A DNA stretch of 64,000 bases from Octopus bimaculoides (lineage: Eukaryota), in contig NC_068990.1 of the NCBI RefSeq assembly GCF_001194135.2, positions 13,768,537 through 13,832,536 of the forward strand, written 5' to 3'. This document shows positions 60,975 through 64,000 of this stretch, piece by piece (within the stretch, counting starts at the first letter, position 1; each line of letters opens with the position of its first letter). Under the pieces are notes generated by a model. The model had not been told where the DNA came from. It was given only the letters and a program-made list of their open reading frames with translations, and did not search any database. The position numbers and the translations under genes are program-made.

Positions 60975-61871
60975 TATAATAATCCTGTCTACTATAGGCA
61001 CAATGCCTGAAATTTGGAGGTAGAAGGATAGTCAATTATATTGACCCCAGTATTCAGCTGGTACTTATTCTTTCGACCCCAAATAAGGAAAAACAATGTT
61101 GACCCCGGTGGAATTTGAACTCAGAGCGTGAAGATGGTCGAAATGTTGCTATGCATTTGATCCGGCGTTCTAACGATTCTGTCGGCTCGCTACCTTTCGT
61201 ATAATATTCTTTTCTTTTCTAAGCACAAGGACCGAAATTTTAGGGAAGGGGGCCAGTCGATTAGATCGACCCAGTACGCAACTCGTACTTAATTTATCGA
61301 CCCAAAAAGGATATAAGGCAAAGTCGACATTTGCGGAATTTGAACTCAGAACGCAAAGACGGACGAAATACCGCTAAGCATTTTACCCAGCGTGCTAACG
61401 TTTTCTTATTTCTTTATTGCCCACAAGGGGCTAAATATAGAAGGTACAAACAAAGACAGACAAAGGAATTGAGTCGATTGCATCGACTCCAGTGCGTAAC
61501 TGGTACTTAATTTATCGATCACGAAAGGATGAAAGGCAAAGTCGACGTCGGCGGAATTTGAACTCAGAACGTAACGGCAGACGAAATACCACTAACCATT
61601 TCGCCCGGCGTGCTAACGTTTCAGCCAGCTCACCACCTTACCTTTTGTATAATATTGCTTTCAAATTTTGGCAGAAGACCAGCAATTTCATGGGAGGGGA
61701 GTAAGTCGATTACATCGATCCCGGTGTTCAACTAGTACTTATTTTATCGATTCGTGAAAGGATGAAAAGTAAAGTCGACCTCGGTGGAATTTGAACTCAA
61801 AACACGTAGACAGATGAAATGCTGCTAAGCATTTTTCCCAACATGCTAAAGATTCTGCCAACACACCGTCT
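60975..61871 (-). mobile_element. Head-to-tail array of SINE family B: monomer, dimer, monomer
   Basis: Four GG(A/T)ATTTGAACTCA B-box reverse complements; the dimer linker TATTTCTTTATTGCCCACAAGGGG at about 61406-61430; units at about 60975-61196, 61205-61639 and 61645-61871. Confidence 0.9.
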
Positions 61872-62318
61872 TTTGTGTAATATTATTGATAATTTCGTGT
61901 AAAACATGAAAATATCTCTATGTAGATCTTCTCAAACACTATTATGAAACTATAATTGATGCGCATTAAGATTCATAACACTTTGTATAAATTTTGTCCT
62001 ACTCCATTCTTGTGATAACAGCCTATGTTATGTATTCTGTTTAATAATTGCTGCCTTATTCTGTCGACAAGATTAGAAAGAAACGATATTTCTGTCAGTT
62101 GACTGTAAATAAAATCCATTATTGCTTTTATCTTTTCGCAATCACCTTTAACTATAAATTTCTAAATACGCGATTAAGTTTTGTCGTATTCCTGTGATCT
62201 AACCGCCGAGACAATTTCACATCATTTCACTGTTTGTAATCAGTGTAACGAAATGTTATTTTTATAGATTTGTGTTACAAGATCCCTGATGTGAAAACGT
62301 GTGTTGAAACAGATATAG

Positions 62319-62593
62319 TTGTATTTCGGGATGGTCATTTTTTTTTTTGCCAAATAAACACACGCACTACATATTCGTTTCTTATTCGTTTATTACTTTT
62401 CTTATTCTAACTCATATTCACAGTGCGGAAATATTTCCGTCTCTGTGTGTGCTCTCCTCCTCCCCTCATATCATTTTCAGAGACGGAACTTGTCGTTGAA
62501 GAGGGCACAGATGCGTGACAATAAACGAGTGAAGAACGAATATATAGTGCGTGTGTTTATTTGGCAAAAAAGAATGACCCTCCCGAAATGCAA
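62319..62593. mobile_element. Fold-back MITE-like element with about 75-bp inverted arms and an inner 11-bp inverted repeat
   Basis: TTGTATTTCGGGATGGTCAT(T)nGCCAAATAAACACACGCACTACATATTCGTT pairs with AACGAATATATAGTGCGTGTGTTTATTTGGCAAAAAAGAATGACCCTCCCGAAATGCAA; inner TTCCGTCTCTG (62435) pairs with CAGAGACGGAA (62478). Confidence 0.8.
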
Positions 62594-63715
62594 AAATAAT
62601 GTTATTTTTGCTTTATTAAAAATCAAAAATGTGATATTTGCGATGAAATTTCAGCTTGAACACAAAAGACAAGTAAGTACAATTCTATTGTATAATGAAT
62701 AAAAAATTACTTAATGAATAAAAGAAAGTTTAATGGTTAATGAATAAAAAAAAGTTTCAACTGATGTTCCTGTGCTGTTAATGATGAAGATGATGGTGAT
62801 GATGATGACAACGACGACGACAGTGATAATATTATTATTGAATTGCTGATGCTGTTGATAATGTTGATTATGATGATGGTGATAATGAAGATAATGATAA
62901 TGATAATAATATTGATGCATAGAATAAAATAATGCATTCATTAATGCCAATGAGCAGAGTTTTTTTCTACTGTAGGTCCTTGACATTCTGGAAATAACAA
63001 CCAAATTTCCATCGAATCATAGATTGTTTTATGAAAAAACAAGGAAAGACATATTGAATGAAGCAGTCTTAAATAGACCACGTTTGGACAAAATCAAAGA
63101 GGTAGTCACATCGAGATCGCTTTTAATCATGTGACCGCTGGATCATAAATGACCGAGGGCTAACAAAGAATATAAGCAACAACAACAACAACAACAACGT
63201 AAAGAATTCAGTTTCTACTTCGTTATTACCATAATATATAATATGAAAGTAATTGGGAGAAACTAAAAACTGCAGAGACCACGTATTAAATATGATTACG
63301 TGCTGAAAATACATACTGAAAAACAAATAAGTATGTATGTATATTTTTGCATTAGATCCCCATGGCAGAATTGGAAAGTTATTAAATATTCGCATCTAAT
63401 AACTATTTCTGTCCCCTGGCACAACTGTTTCTGTACCATTTCTTTTTAATATTTCTCTCTGGAATTTGGAGATCAAAGTGTTTTTTTCCATAAATAGAAC
63501 CTGATCTACTTACACATACACAAGCTAATGCAGAAGAATACATGCATATAAATAATTCCCATTGACATGTAACAACTCAGTGACGCATTTAAATTAAAGT
63601 CAGACTTCTACTAGTTTCCATATCTATTACTTTAAAATTAGTAATGCATCAGTAAATACAAATATATGGAAAATAAATATATGTATATATGTATATATGT
63701 ATATATGTATATATA

Positions 63716-63791
<76 letters not shown>

Positions 63792-64000
63792 GTGTACACG
63801 CGCGCGAGTGTTTGCATGTGTGTGCGTATGTGTAGAAATGAGATAAGCAAAATAACTGAGATAAACCTGTGGTTTACATTGTAACAACATGGACAGATAC
63901 AAGTCTAACAAATAACATACGGCATACATTACAAAATGGCAATTAAGACCAGCTCCACTTGAGAAAGGGAGTTGATTTTAAAATTTAAAAATTCTTCGAA

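Noticed and set aside
62286-62325. CTGATG...GAAAC hammerhead-like words, also at 17646, 54803 and 55900
   Set aside because: The core is incomplete or stems I-III cannot be formed.
63030-63198. Possible retroposon 3' end with (CAA)n tail
   Set aside because: Only one copy in the window and no coding remnant, so it cannot be supported.

Overview
AT-rich, repeat-saturated eukaryotic DNA with about 18 N-gaps, most flanked by (TA)n. The microsatellite load and the tRNA-derived SINE families point to an octopus-like coleoid cephalopod genome; this is an inference from recognised repeat types, not a database result. I found no convincing host protein-coding exon, rRNA, true tRNA gene or CRISPR array, so the window reads as intergenic or deep intronic. 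It contains: (1) about 30 SINE copies in five modular families, labelled A-E here (my labels); (2) non-LTR retrotransposon relics: R4/Dong-like RT fragments at 34.3-35.5 kb and 59.4-60.9 kb, a CR1-like RT at 25.3-26.5 kb, ORF1-like relics at 43 and 51 kb, and an intact triple-C2H2 C-terminus with a LINE-like 3' hairpin at 14 kb; (3) DNA transposon relics: a non-autonomous Helitron with a helicase remnant, Tc1, an internally deleted mariner and two MITEs; (4) two degenerate hammerhead-ribozyme-like motifs next to (TA)n tracts, probably Penelope-like termini. Almost all long entries in the ORF track are artefacts of N-runs or microsatellites. The best leads are the hammerhead-like motif at 8.1-8.2 kb, the triple zinc finger at 14 kb, the head-to-tail Helitron junction at 1.3 kb, and the SINE module shuffling and fold-backs. 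Boundaries were read by eye and are approximate (about +/-10-20 bp) unless a terminal motif is quoted.
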